Positions 48,602-61,320 of a stretch of 64,000 nt of DNA are shown here, piece by piece. The first letter of the stretch is position 1. Each line of letters starts with the position of its first letter. The position numbers and the translations under genes are program-made. The notes beneath the pieces are model-generated. The model was not told where the DNA came from and did not search any database. It saw only the letters and a list, made by a program, of their open reading frames with translations. Source of the stretch: Heterodontus francisci (Eukaryota); the NCBI RefSeq assembly GCF_036365525.1, contig NC_090386.1:30002757-30066756 (forward strand). The letters are read 5' to 3'.

Positions 48602-50129
48602 ATAGGCTCTGCATGACAGGTGATCAAAGTAATTGTCATTTGTATCCATGATTACTTTGTCTTGAGATGGTTAAAGATGTTGGTAAAGGTGTCATGATGA
48701 TGATGCATATGTATTTTATATTGAGTTATGAGGTTTACCTATATGTGTCTAAGATCATTGCAAATGCAATTAAAAGGGAGATTAGAAATAATACTTTTTA
48801 CAAATTAGAATTTGGTATTTTCAGTCGGAAACTGTTGACGTGAAGTGCGTAAAATAGATGGATGAAAAAGGGCTATGGGAAGCGAGCATGTGAATGGAAT
48901 TCATCTTGTTGCTTCTTGGAGAAAAATGCGAGCACAGTCTAACTGAGCTGAATGGCTTGCTTTCTGTAACATTACATAATTTTACATGTTTGTGTTGTTT
49001 ATTTTTGTGTGTGTATATTTTCTCCGTTAACAAAAAGTTAGTCATTTCCGTCTGGTTTCTTGTGACATGAAACTTGGAATTTACAAGCAACTCCTGATCT
49101 CTAAAGTTCTTGCAACTACCAGCTTATAATTGATCTTGGGATATGTCTACAGCAGTTATACAATGTGTTATGAAAGGAGATAAGTTACAAATAAGTACAG
49201 TTTAGAGTAATACAAAATGTTACATGATATAGTGGTGGTGTTCACTTTCCATGGCAGTTCTGCACGTTGAGTTAATAAAGCTTCACCGTAATAGTTATTG
49301 GGCAATGCTTTTACATTCTAAAATACAGATTCATTGCAGCTGGCAAGTTTTTAGAAATGACAGAAGACTGTTGCTTCTGTTGTATGTTAATTGAGTGGTT
49401 GCCCTTTACATTGATGAGCAGGAATATTCTTTGAGCTATGTGCTAAATGATAACTAAAGAAAACAATGATTATAACGTATCAGTATGACAATTTTTCTTT
49501 GTTTCTCAGTTGTATACCACAGTCCCTTAGGTTACAGAAGTGGCTTTCAGAGTGTAATAATGTCCTCAATTTTGACGTTGCATGGTTGCGACCAATTTAT
49601 ATCAATCACAAGGTTACTTTTTGTAATTTTTTTTCACCTTTCTGCCTCACGCTTTTTAAAAAAAAACTGACTTGTGTTGCATTTTTATGGCAATTGGTCA
49701 GCCTCAAGTGGCTAATCATTGCGTTAGCCTACACAACCAGCTTTGGCAGGTAATTCCATCATGGAGGACATCACAGCCAAGCCTGTTTTTGCCCTCACCC
49801 AATGAGCACACGTGTACGCATTCCAGCAACAGTCACGGATCGCGATTAGGAGTGCAAGCTGGGACTGATTTTTTTCTTTTCCACCCCAACCCAGAATGCT
49901 GAAGCCAACTTTAGTACATCAGTTATTGCATTGGGTGAGTTCACTGAGCAGAACAGAGAGTAGACCTTGGACTTTTTGGCCTTTATGGCTCAGCAATATT
50001 CACTTTCTTCGGGACATTTTGACCACTAGTTGACAAAATTAGTGTTTCTAAAATCAAATATGATTTGATATACTTTGGAAAAATAAAAGCTACCAAATGC
50101 TAAAGTTTTGTGCCTTCTCCAACCATTGA

Positions 50130-50350
50130 CAGCTATGCCTTCAGCCATCTAGGCCCATGCTTTGGAAATTCCTCTCTAAACCTTTCCATTTTCCCCCTTT
50201 CATTTAAAGATCCTCCTCAAAACCCACCTCTTTGACGAAGGCTTTAGTTACCCCATCTACTATCTCTCTTTCTTGCTTTCCATTGTTGGCTGGTTATGCC
50301 TTTCTGAAATAGGACATTTTTCCACTTTAAAGGTGCTGTAGAAATTCTAA
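50130..50350 (+). mobile_element. L2 3' end
   Basis: gccttcagccatctaggccc...aaacccacctctttgac...ttaaaggtgctgtagaaat. Confidence 0.6.
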
Positions 50351-50727
50351 ACTTTTCACTGTCTCTGTCCATTTGTCATGGTTCAAAATTATAGGCAAGA
50401 TTTAAAGATGTTCAAATTTAAAACTAAAATTTACTAAATGCAGGACATCAAATAGATTGCTTTGTTTTACTTTTTGAAAACCACTTATCGAAAAGGCTAA
50501 TAGATGAGAACTATTAATTGCAGAGAATGGTTTTTTCAACAGTTACATTACAGTACTTATGAGCACATTAATAGTAAAAACTTCCTAACTAAATTCTTAG
50601 TCCCATTCATGAAACTACATTAACAGGAATCTTGTGGGCTCGTGGTGTTTGTTACTAGCAAATGCATACAGGGCACCACTGCCGTTTCCAAAATTGTGAA
50701 GAGAATTATCACCAATGTAGCAAATGT

Positions 50728-51474
50728 AAATCCAAGGCCCCAAACACTCCTTTCAGGTGAAGCAGCAGTTTACTACTTTCAATTTAGTATACTGTATTCG
50801 CTGCTCACAATGTGGTCTCCTCCACATTGGGGAGACCAAATGCAGATTGGGTGACCGCTTTGCGGAACACCTCTGCTCAGTCCGAAAGCATGACCCCAAG
50901 CTTCCGGTTGCTTGCCATTTCAACACACCCCCTGCTGTCATGCCCACAGATCTGTCCTGGTCTTGCAGCAGTGTTCCAGTGAACATCAACGCAAGCTCGA
51001 GGAGTAGCATCTTTTTTACCAATTAGGCACGCTACAGCCATTGAGTTCAATAATTTCAGAGCATGACAGGCCCCCCCCCCCTTTTTATTTTCAGTTTTTT
51101 AAAATTTAATTTTGTTCATTTTTCTTACCTGCCCACTTTTTTTTTATGTTTGTGCTTTGGGCCAGGGCTGTTCATTTTTCTGTCAATTAACACGTTCTCT
51201 GCATTAACACTTTGTCTTTCAACACACCATTCACATACCGTTTGCCTGTGCTCCATAACCTTCTGGTCAATTATTCTCTGTGACCTTGTCCTATCAACAC
51301 CTTGCCTTTTGTTATCTCTTTCCCCACCCCTGCTTTATTTGCTTAAAACCTATTACATTTCTAACCTTTGCCGCTCTGATGAAGGGTCACTGACCTGAAA
51401 TGTTAACTCTGCTTCTCTCTCCGCAGATGCTGCCAGACCTGCTGAGTATTTCCAGCATTTCTTGTTTTTATTTT
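50728..51474 (+). mobile_element. Penelope-like element 3' fragment: GIY-YIG endonuclease, 3' UTR and family-A hammerhead terminal repeat
   Basis: NLVYCIRCSQCGLLHIGETKCRLGDRFAEHL...PVACHFN (GIY-YIG with CxxC); ends CTGATGAAGGGTCACTGACCTGAAATGTT (from 51376) plus the tail. Confidence 0.9.
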
Positions 51475-54102
51475 AGATGCAAATAGTTGTTTTGCATGAG
51501 TAATGGTGCATCTGATACAATAGTATAATTGGCTCGGAATTCAAAATGTCTAGCTCGGTGTCCTGAACTCTAAGATTTGTTAGAAAAAGTAGTATTTTTG
51601 AGATGTATGAATACAATAAATCCTTGAGTATCAGTATGAAACGTGTTAAACTTCTATGCCGGGGGCGGTGGTGGTGGGTGGGGGGTGCGTGGGGAGGGGG
51701 GGTTGCATGGGGAGAGAGAGCGTTCATCTACTGTGGATAAAAACAAAAAACTTTTTGTCTTTTGCAAGTATAATGTTTGTCTTGCAGCTGACTTGACTTA
51801 AAAAAAAACCTGTAAGACTGCAATGTTTTAGCGTGGTGTATTCTTGTAAGGAGGGGGTCAGATCGTTCACACTGTTGTTACTATTCCAAGTTTTTAGGGA
51901 ACCTATTCAGAACCCTGACTCTGTAACAAGTTTAAAAAAAAATAAAATGTGTCTGTGAACTGTTGCCACCACTAGCCCTGTGTACAGTACGTGGCTGTAG
52001 CGAACAGTTCACTAATATCTTCTGAAAAACTTTTCAGGCATGGCGTGTTTTCTGTTTGTGGAGTTTGGGCTGGATCTGTTCCAGCAAAATATCTCAAGAT
52101 TTGGTGCTGATGGCCTATTTATAGATTCTGTGGTTCCATCTCCATGGCAATGGAGCCAGAGGCCAGGGTGGCTGCGAGCTATTTTTGGCATGTGCTGTAA
52201 TGTTTAACTGATTGGAAAAGTTAGTGTGCAGTCTGAATTAAACTAATGCGAGAAAGAAAAGCTACTTTATAGGACCAAAAATGGTGGTTGTGTTTTGTTT
52301 TTGTGTGTGTTTGAATGTAGTATGTATGTGAGAACTGCTGGTTGGGATTGTTAATGTCCTTAAAATATGTATTGTGTAATATATGATGTGTAAAATCGAA
52401 AATGCTGCTACTGGTTTTGTACAGAGCACATAATCCTTTGTGTCAAATAAGAAAGTTGCAGCCTTTCCAAATCTTTAAACTATGCTCATTTCTGTTGTGT
52501 TGGTGGATTTAGCTTCAAAAACAAATTCATGCAAGAGTAGTAACTGGATCCTCACAGAAAAAATTTGTAGTTACTGTAGTCCCTAAAAGTAAGCCCTTGT
52601 GAGCGAACCACTGGAAGTAAACTTTCAGTTAAATGTTGTGCCGTGAATGTAATTGGTTTAGTTTCTTCCAGGGCTGAATCATAAAAGTAGTATAGGTTTA
52701 AAATTGCTTGCAAAGCACAGAAGTTACATCCCTTCATGTTATCCATACCTTGTATGGTACTGTAACCTTGAGTGGTGAAGGCCCCCTGCTGCCAAGTGCC
52801 TGAACTATGGTGGAGCTGATCACCAATTTAACTATGAATTTTCAATAAAAATTCATTTTTATTGGCTTTGTACAGAAATGTAATGAGGCGATTTGATATT
52901 AAATAAGCATTTGGTACCTGTGCTTTCATTTGTAAAAACCCCACTTGATTGTTGCCTGTTAACAATGAGCAATGTTAGTTAGCTGTGAATCCTATCCCAT
53001 TTAGTGAGTATAGTTTTCTGCTCCAGTTTTTTTTACATGCATACAATTTGCAAAGTCGCTCTTCTTTCAGAGAGCTACATTAGCACATTGATTTGCAAGT
53101 ATGCTGTGGACATATGGAAGCAATTTGGGGGTCAGAATAACTTCAGATGTTCCTGGGGTTTGACTGGGAGAAATCCAAGATTCTGTGCATATGATGATTG
53201 GGTTTTGTAGAGTTGGGGCATTCCACTTCATGGAGGTTATTAGTTTGTGGCTCCGTTATGATTTTCTTAGTGATGGTCTGGGTCATTGTGAGTTCTGAGA
53301 GTCATGTGAGCTTCCAGGAATTTGTTCCAGACAGCTTGGCTTTTTCCAAAATTGGATGAGTCCATATGTTAGATTCCAACTGGCATATGTTCTATAGATG
53401 CTGAATGTATGTTTCCTGTGGAAAGGATTATGCTCTATCGCAATGAGAAGAATGGAGCTTTAAAACGAGCCATGACAGTTACATTAACTTGTATTGAAGG
53501 AGAAGGGAGATGTGCTCATTAGTAGATGGGCACAGGATTGGGGATTGCAAGGTCATTTATGCTCTGTGGTCATTTTGATTGCTGCCCAAAATTAAGCGGG
53601 AGGAAAATAGTGTCCAGCAGCTTATCACTCTGCTGCAAATCCAGTAGTCTTCGTCCAGCGTTAGCATTTTGTGGACAAATTTATGGGCGTGGTATACTCT
53701 GTGTTATTCTGCACTTGGTGGTTATGAGGGCATGCTTCCATACTCCACTCCATTCCATCTGTTTTCTTGCAGTGTATATCTTACTCCTAAGTCTTTCCTG
53801 GATTTTTTGGATTGTCTTGTTGCGTGTTAGAAAATTTAGAAATGTTCTTGCAGGTATTGGTAAAGAGAGGTATATTCCAGTAAGGAGAGGGTGTGATTGG
53901 ATTTTCCATGAAATATTTAATTTTCACTTCGTGTAATCCGTTCTTCTGAGAGATGGGATTTTCTGCGCTGTTTGATCGGATGACTCCTTGTGCTAAGTTT
54001 GGAACTTACTTGGGGTGCCCCATTACGTCAGATCAGGGGGAAAAGACCAATGGACCATGAGGAATTTTCAGGAATACCTCTGTAGGTGGAAACTTTACTG
54101 GA

Positions 54103-54369
54103 TTTTTCACTCAAGCCCTTCAAACCAGGCAACATCCTTGTGAATCTTTTCTGCACCCTCGCTAGCTTAATCACATCTTTCTGGTAGTGCAGCGGCTAGA
54201 ACCGCTCACACTACTCCAAATGCGGCCTAACCAATGTACAACTGTAACGTGACGTCCCAACTCTTGCACTCAGTGCCTCGGCCGATGAAGGCAAGCATGC
54301 CATACGCCGCCTTCACCACCCTGTCGACCTGTGTTGCCACTTTCAGGGAACTATGTACTTGCAGCCCAA
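54103..54369 (-). repeat. 267-bp near-identical copy of internal CR1 segment 55225-55491
   Basis: Base-by-base comparison shows the same length, few substitutions and shared lesions. Confidence 0.88.
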
Positions 54370-54802
54370 CCCCTTGCTATCTGAGGAACAAGCTATGTCG
54401 GAGGATTGTATGGGAGGCCCTGGTTTCCATGCACAGTTTAGGCGTTCTTCCAACTGCCCAAGTCCACATTTATATAGGTCCACAAAGTAGGCTGTCAATA
54501 GCACACAATGATGCAATGTGCACTTCTACAGACTTTGCTCAGATGTCTGAGCTGTCTGGCGCTTGCTTTTGGGAACTCTGCAGCCAGCACGAAGAGGAAA
54601 AGTGGAGAATTATGGGGCAATTATGTCTTGTCCCTTGTCGGAGGGGGAATGAAGGAGAGCTAGTTCGTGTGCAGGATACGTGTGGGTTTGGAGTATAGGA
54701 TTTTGGTGCACTGAATGTGTCACCACAGGTCAGTTGTCTACTTACTGTGACATAGAATTCCCACTGCACCTGCTGAAACTCTTAACACAATGCCCAGACG
54801 TT

Positions 54803-57480
54803 TTAGAGTCGTACAGCATTGAAACAGGCCCTTTGGCCCACCGTGTCCATGCCGACCATAATGCCTATCTATACTAATCCCACCTGCCTGCATTAATTCC
54901 ATATTCCTCTAAGCCTTTCTCATTCAATTACCTGTCCACATGCCTCTTAAATGTTGCTACTGTTCCTGCCTCCACCACCACCTCTGACATTTCATTCCAG
55001 ATACCCACTATTCTTTGTGTGAAATATTTACCCCTTTGATCCCCTTTAAATCTCCTCCCTCTCACCTTAAATCTATGCCCTCTAGTTTTAGTCACCCCTA
55101 CCATGGGAAACAGACTCTGGCTATCTACCCTATCTATGCCTCTCATAATTTTATATACCTCTATCATGTCCCCTCTCAGCCTCCTTCGCTCCAGGGAAAA
55201 TAGACCCAGCCTATCCAATTTCTCTTTTTCACTCAAGCCCTCCAAACCAGGCAACATCCTTTTGAATCTTTTCTGCACCTTCGCTAGCTTAATCACATCT
55301 TTCCGGTAGTGCAGCGGCTAGAACCGCTCACACTACTCCAAATGCGGCCGAACCAACGTACAACTGTAACGTGACGTCCCAACTCTTGTACTCAGTGCCT
55401 CGGCCGATGAAGGCAAGCATGCCATACGCCGCCTTCACCACCCTGTCTACCTGTGTTGCCACTTTCAGGGAACTATGTACTTGCAGCCCAAAGTGTCTCT
55501 GCTCAGCAACACTCCCCAGGGCCCTGCCATCCACTGTATATGTCCTGCCCTGGTTTAACTTCCCAAAATGCATTACTTCGCACTTACCTGCATTAAATCC
55601 ATTTGCCACTCCCTTGCCCACTTTCCCAGTTTATCTATATCCTGTTGTAACCTTAGACAACCTTCTTCACTGTCCACTATACCACCAATTTTGGTGTCAT
55701 CTGCAAACTTACTAATCATGCCCCTTACATTCACATCCAAGTCATTAATATACATGACAAACAACAGAGGGCCCAGCACTGATCCCTGTGGCACACCACT
55801 GGTCACTGGCCTCCAATCTGAAAAACAACTCTCCACTACCACCCTCTCCCTCCTATCACCAAGCCAATTTTGTATCCAATTGGCAAGCTCACCCTGGATC
55901 CCATGTGTTCGAACCTTCTGGACCAGCCTACCATGCGGGACCTTGTCAAAGGCTTTGCTAAAGTCCATGCAGACAACGTCCATCGCCCTGCCCTCGTCAA
56001 TCCTCTTGGTCACCTCCTCGAAAAACTCAATCAAATTCGTGAGACATGATTTCCCACGCACAAAGCCATGCTGACTATCCCTAATCAGACCATGCCTTTC
56101 CAAATGCATATAAATCCTGTGTCTCAGAATCCCTTCCAATAACTTTCCCACCACTGATGTAAGGCTCACCGGCCTGTAGTTCCCTGGCTTATCCCTCCTG
56201 CCCTTCTGAAATAAAGGCACAACATTAGCTATCCTCCAGTCTTCCGGTACCTCACCCGTGGCTAACGATGATACAAAAATCTCTGCCAGGGCCCCAGCAA
56301 TCTTGCTTCCCAGAGCATCCTAGGATGCATCTGATCAGGCCCTGTGGATTTATCCACCTTAATGCGCTTCAAAACCTCCAACAACACCTCCTTTGTAATG
56401 TTGATATGCTCCAGGATATCGGTGTTCTCTCCCTTGAACTCACTAGCTTCCATCACCTTCTCCACGGTAAATACAGACGAGAAGTATTCATTTAAGACAT
56501 CGCCCATTTCCCGTGGCCCCACAGATAGATTACCACACTGATCCTTAAGGGGACCTACTCTCTCCCGAGCTACCCTTTTACTCTTAATATACTTATGAAA
56601 TCTTTTAGGATTCTCCTTTATCTTAACTGCCAGGGAAATCTCATGGCCCCTTTTCGCCCTCCTAATTTCTTCCTTAAGCATACTCCTGCATCCCCATTAC
56701 TCCTTGAGGGACTCGCTCGATCCCAGCTGCCTATACCTCCTTTGTCCTGACCAGACCCTCAATATCCCTCGTCAAGCAAGGTTCCCTAAACTTGCCAGCC
56801 TTGCCCTTCCATCTAATAGGAACATGCCGGCCCTGAACTCTTCCTATCTCACTTTTAAAAGCCTCCCATTTGCCAGACGTCCCTTTACCTGTAAACAGCC
56901 TCTCCCATTCAACTTTTGAGAGTTCCTGTCTGATGCCATCGAAATTAGCCTTCCCCCAATTTAGGACTTCAACCTGAGGACCAGTCCTATCCTTTTCCAT
57001 AACTATCTTGAAGCTAGTAGAGTTATGGTCACTGGTCCCAAAGTGCTGCCCCACTGACATATCAACCACCTGCCCATCTCATTTCCTAAGAGGAGGTCGA
57101 GTGTAGCCCCTTCTCTAGTCGGGCCATCCACATACTGCTTCAGAAAACTATCCTGGACACACTTAAATACTTCCCCATCTGATCCCTTAGCACTAAGGCA
57201 GTCCCAGTCAATATTAGGGAAGTTAAAATCACCTACTATTACAACCCTATAATTCCTACACCTATCTGTGATTTCCCGACATATATGCTCCTACAATTTC
57301 CTCTGACTATTGGGGGGCCTATAGTATAATCCCATCAAAGTGATTACCCCTTTCTTATTTCTAAGTTCTACCCATATGGCCTCGCTGGACATTCCCCCCG
57401 GGATATCCTCTCTCAGTACTGCCGTGATGTCCTCTCTAATCAATAGTGCAACTCCCCCTCCTCTCTTACCTCCACCTGTG
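54803..57480 (-). mobile_element. CR1 LINE (HER1-like), APE-RT-3' end, relatively young
   Basis: 215-aa RT piece with NYRPVSLTS, QHGFVRGKSC, DFSKAFDKVPH, PQGSVLGP and KFADD; APE piece GTSDHN; 3' UTR near 54803. Confidence 0.93.
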
Positions 57481-57559
57481 TCATGTCGGATGTTGTTCTG
57501 ACAGTTTTGGTATTTCTAAGGTGGTGCATAATATTGAATAAGGAACGTATGCCCCGTTG

Positions 57560-57790
57560 GTTGTGTGTGTGCCCCCTTTCCCTGTTTGGGGGGTATTTGT
57601 GTGTGCCACCTCCCCCAGTTGGGGTGTGTGTGTGCCCCTTCCCCCAGTTGGGGTGTGTGTGTGTCCCTTCCCCCAGTTGGGGTGTGTGTGTGTCCCTTCC
57701 CCCAGTTGGGGTGTGTGTGTGTCCCTTCCCCCTGTTGGGGTGTGTGTGCGTCCCTTCCCCCTGTTGGGGGCTGGCGGGGATGTGTGTGCG
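57560..57790. repeat. 29-bp minisatellite GTCCCTTCCCCCAGTTGGGGTGTGTGTGT, about 7 units with degenerate flanks
   Basis: Unit starts at 57663, 57692 and 57721. Confidence 0.9.
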
Positions 57791-57959
57791 ACCCCTCCCC
57801 CCGTAGGCGGTGTGTGCACATCCCCTCCGCACCCCCCAGCCCATTGGGGGTGGTGGGGGGTGGTGTCCTTCCCTCTCCCCACGTTGGGGTCTATGTGTCT
57901 GCGTATGTCCCCTCCAACGCCCTGTTGAGATGTGTATGTCTGTGTTTGTCCTCCAGTTG

Positions 57960-58265
57960 GGAGGGTAGAGGGATGCCGGTTCATAGTCTCAAAGTAAGGG
58001 GCCAATCATTTAAGACTGAGATGAGAACTTTCTTCACTTAAAGGGTTGTGAATCCTTGGAATTCCCCATCACCAAGGGTTCTGGATGCTCCATCGTTGAC
58101 ACTGAAGGCTGGGGTAGACAGATTTTTGGTCTTTCAGGGAATCGAGATTTGTCGAGGGTTGGGAAAGTGGAGTTGAAGCCCAAGATCAGGCATGTTCGTA
58201 TTAAATGGCAGAGCAGGCTCTATGGGCCCAATGGCTTACTCCTGCTCCTATTTCTTGTGTTCCTG
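57960..58265 (+). mobile_element. CR1 3' end
   Basis: HSLKVRGQSFKTEMRTFFT and tail ctcctatttcttgtgttcc. Confidence 0.75.
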
Positions 58266-58379
58266 ATATCCCCTCCCTCTCCTAAAGGCAGCCCTATATA
58301 AAGCCTGTGTGCTAAGTATGGAGTGACCAGAATCTTGGTGCTGAGTGGGGATACAAGCCTGTGGAGTAGTTTGTGAATT

Positions 58380-58470
58380 TTTTTTAATTCATTCATGGGA
58401 TTTGGGCGTCGCTGGCTAGGCCATCATTTATTGCCCATCCCTAATTGCCCTTGAGAAGGTGGAGGTGAGC
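58380..58470 (-). mobile_element. 3' tail of CR1-superfamily family B
   Basis: ttcattcatgggatttgggcgtcgctggctaggcc...ttattgcccatccctaattgcc is the reverse complement of the family-B 3' end. Confidence 0.7.
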
Positions 58471-59004
58471 CTGATTAAAATGGAAGTAAACTCTAAGCCC
58501 TTTTTAATGATTAATGCTTTCGAAATGTTGCTCTTTATGAAACATGCTAAAGTTCCAGCAACATCTGGAATGTGCGCACATGAATAAATGCACACTTGGG
58601 TGAGCACTTGTGGAATCATGTTGCAGCAAAGAGTCAACTGATTGAAAAAGGGCTACAGAAAAATATTGATGAGAAAATAATTACTTCAAACACCAATGTT
58701 CTAGGCTTAAGAGAGAGCTATTGTGCAGCCTTTTTGTTGCCTTGAGATCTTCCAGTTATCTGCAGGAGCTTGCTACAGCAGAGGTCTGTAATTGGAGATG
58801 TTAATAGTTCTTGATCCAGCTTTGACAGTTAAGTCACACCCAGGAGTCTATCAGTATTTTTGGGGATTGCTGAGAGTGTGTTAATATTTGCAGGGCTCTC
58901 TTCCCCCCCAATAAGAGAAAAATAGTTTATCATGCTGATCTAGGGAGTGATTGATAAACCGTGCTTAATGGCTGAGGTTTAAAAACGTAAATAGCTCTGA
59001 TACT

Positions 59005-59140
59005 TCAGTGCTGATGAAACGTGATCAATCTGAAATGTTAATTCTGTTCCTTTCTCCACAGATACAGCCTGACCAACTGAGTATTTCCAGCATTTTCTGT
59101 TTTATTTCAGATTTCCAGCATCAGCGGTCTATTGCTTTTC
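59005..59140 (+). mobile_element. Degenerate Penelope family-A copy
   Basis: CTGATGAaacgtgatcaatctGAAAtgttaattctg plus the tail gtatttccagcatttt. Confidence 0.7.
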
Positions 59141-59181
59141 TACACTTTATCCCTTCTTAAGTTTGTAGCTGTGTGGTCAGT

Positions 59182-59907
59182 GGCCTGAATTTTGCTGTGT
59201 AATGATGGTGAAACTCTCAGCATTCACCGTCATTGCCTCACTGAAACTGACAGCAACTTTGTGAGTCTGCATGTGCGCACAATAATGTAGGAATCAGAAG
59301 TTGCTGTCAGAGAGTTCACACTCTATAGGTGCACTGTCGAGGACACAGACCTCAATCTCCATTGCAATCATGATTTGACAAAATTTTCCACTTCTGCACT
59401 GTTAGTCTCACTGTAAAAACGCTCAATAAAGTTACACCTTGTTGAATGAGCTGTAACAATGTACTAACTTCATAATTACTGCTAAACATCCTTACTGACC
59501 CTGAAAAAGTAATTTTATATTTGTGGAATATCAAATTTCTCTACAAGAATGCACATTTAAAAAATCCTTTTCGAGGTTTGTTGATCTTTATTTTTAGCTT
59601 CGACCTGAATCGAATCATAGTCATTTATTTCAATATCTCAAAATTTAAATTAAAGGTGAATGACCTTAATTGCTTTTAAGGTCTTGGTTTGTTGTGTGTT
59701 GATACTTCAATGTGATTGGTTCCTTACCTGCTTGTCGACATCATTGTTGCTGCATGCCAAGCCATCCCTTTAACTTGGGATCAGGTTTAAACTACCTTCG
59801 GGAGAGGGAAAAGCCACATCACAGAAATGGCTAGATCTTTGTGAGCAACTTTCTTTGAGGTCTGCGGTGAGCACCCGTACTTTGCCGCTAGCTGCAAATT
59901 CCGGACC
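59182..59907. mobile_element. PIF/Harbinger-like MITE
   Basis: Ends ggcctgaattttgc and gcaaattccggacc; 3-bp direct repeat agt (59179-81, 59908-10). Confidence 0.55.
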
Positions 59908-60366
59908 AGTGTAATGTTAACACAATGGCTGTACTCCTGTTGTTCAAAATTTTATTCTATTTTAAGGGTTTAGATGCAAGAATTTATTATTTTAAAAACA
60001 TATTTTTCATTAACTTTTATTTCTTGTATGGTCAGTTGCTTCCCAGGACATTAAAACTAAGTGGTGGTTGTCTTATTGGAGTCTAAAACTTAGTCGTACC
60101 CAGCGTTGACCTATTGGGTAATCTCCATATTCGTCGTAAGTAATGGTAATATAGCACATTGATGAGGCATTAACTTTTGCATTGATCTGCTATAATTGTT
60201 ATGAAACTGTGATCTCTAAGCTTTCCAGTATGTATTCAGAATGAGCTGAGAATGTTGAGCACTTGGAAGGATCTTGGTGCAATTAATGTGACTTTATTTT
60301 GTTCCCCATCTTAAATGAAATCTTAATTTGTAGCAGGAAGGAGAAACTCTTTCCCTTCCTGTCATT

Positions 60367-60652
60367 GGGGCGGCACAGTGGCGCAGTGGTTAGCACCGCA
60401 GCCTCACAGCTCCAGCGACCCGTGTTCGATTCTGGGTACTGCCTGTGCGGAGTTTGCAAGTTCTCCCTGTGACCGCATGGGTTTTCGCTGGGTGCTCCGG
60501 TTTCCCCTCTCAGCCAAAGATTTGCAGGTTGATAGGTAAATTGGCCATTATAAATTGCCCCTAGTATAGGTAGGTGGGAAGGGAATTGAGGAAAGGTGGG
60601 GATGTGAGAAGGTAATGGGATTAATATAGGATTAGTGTAAATGGGTGGTTGA
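60367..60652 (+). mobile_element. tRNA-derived V-SINE (HE1-like)
   Basis: A box TGGCGCAGTGG (60379), B box GTTCGATTC (60424), V-domain gtgcggagtttgca...gggtgctccggtttcc and taaattgcccctag. Confidence 0.88.
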
Positions 60653-61320
60653 GGCAGATAATATTGCAGAGCAGTAGGTGAATAATTAGGACATTGACCA
60701 TTAAGCAGCAGCATTTAGTGCCGTGGATAAATCACGTGCTCCATTGAGCTTCTGAGGTGCATTGGATAAAGGCTGGGACACTTCTCCGCACTCTGACGGG
60801 GATAACATTCCTGGGAGATGCATATGCCGGCCAGAGAGTGCAGTGGCAAGGTCTGGGAACAGGCAGCTGGTCTCTCGGAAGCAAAGAACAAACCCGTGTT
60901 TGTCTAAACATGTTACTGATATTTGGGCTGTTGGATCCTCCATTTATAGCAGAGCTTGATGCTAATAAAAGAAACATCAGCTATTTTACCATTCTATCCC
61001 TGCACGCTCCAATGATTAATGATATTAAGTGCGTGAATAGGCAGGGAGCGTAGGTACAGGCCATTCAGTTCCTTAAGCCTGTTCTGCCATTTATTTCGCT
61101 GTCTGCAGTGCCTATAACAGAGTAATCTCAGTTCAGTTCTTCAAAGTAGTTGGGAAGGCAGCAAGCAGATATTAAGTGCTTCACTGCAGGGAGAGCCGAA
61201 TGGATCCAGCAGGTTAACACAGCTGTATTGGTGGAAGTTTGAGAGAAGATTGCCATGGCTGTTCTCTTGCTGCAGTTGGGCGTGTAGGAGCTTAGCTGGA
61301 AAAGGAATAAATTAATCTAT

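Noticed and set aside
51955-51975. Similarity of GTGAACTGTTGCCACCACTAG to miR-203
   Set aside because: The seed differs and the arm order is opposite to the mir-203 precursor; treated as coincidence.
53526-54698. 136-aa and 154-aa ORFs
   Set aside because: No domain signal; the second is mostly antisense to the duplicated CR1 segment.
57440-58041. Repetitive ORFs and a CRISPR-like periodic pattern
   Set aside because: Contiguous 29-bp tandem units without unique spacers, no cas genes, and eukaryotic context.
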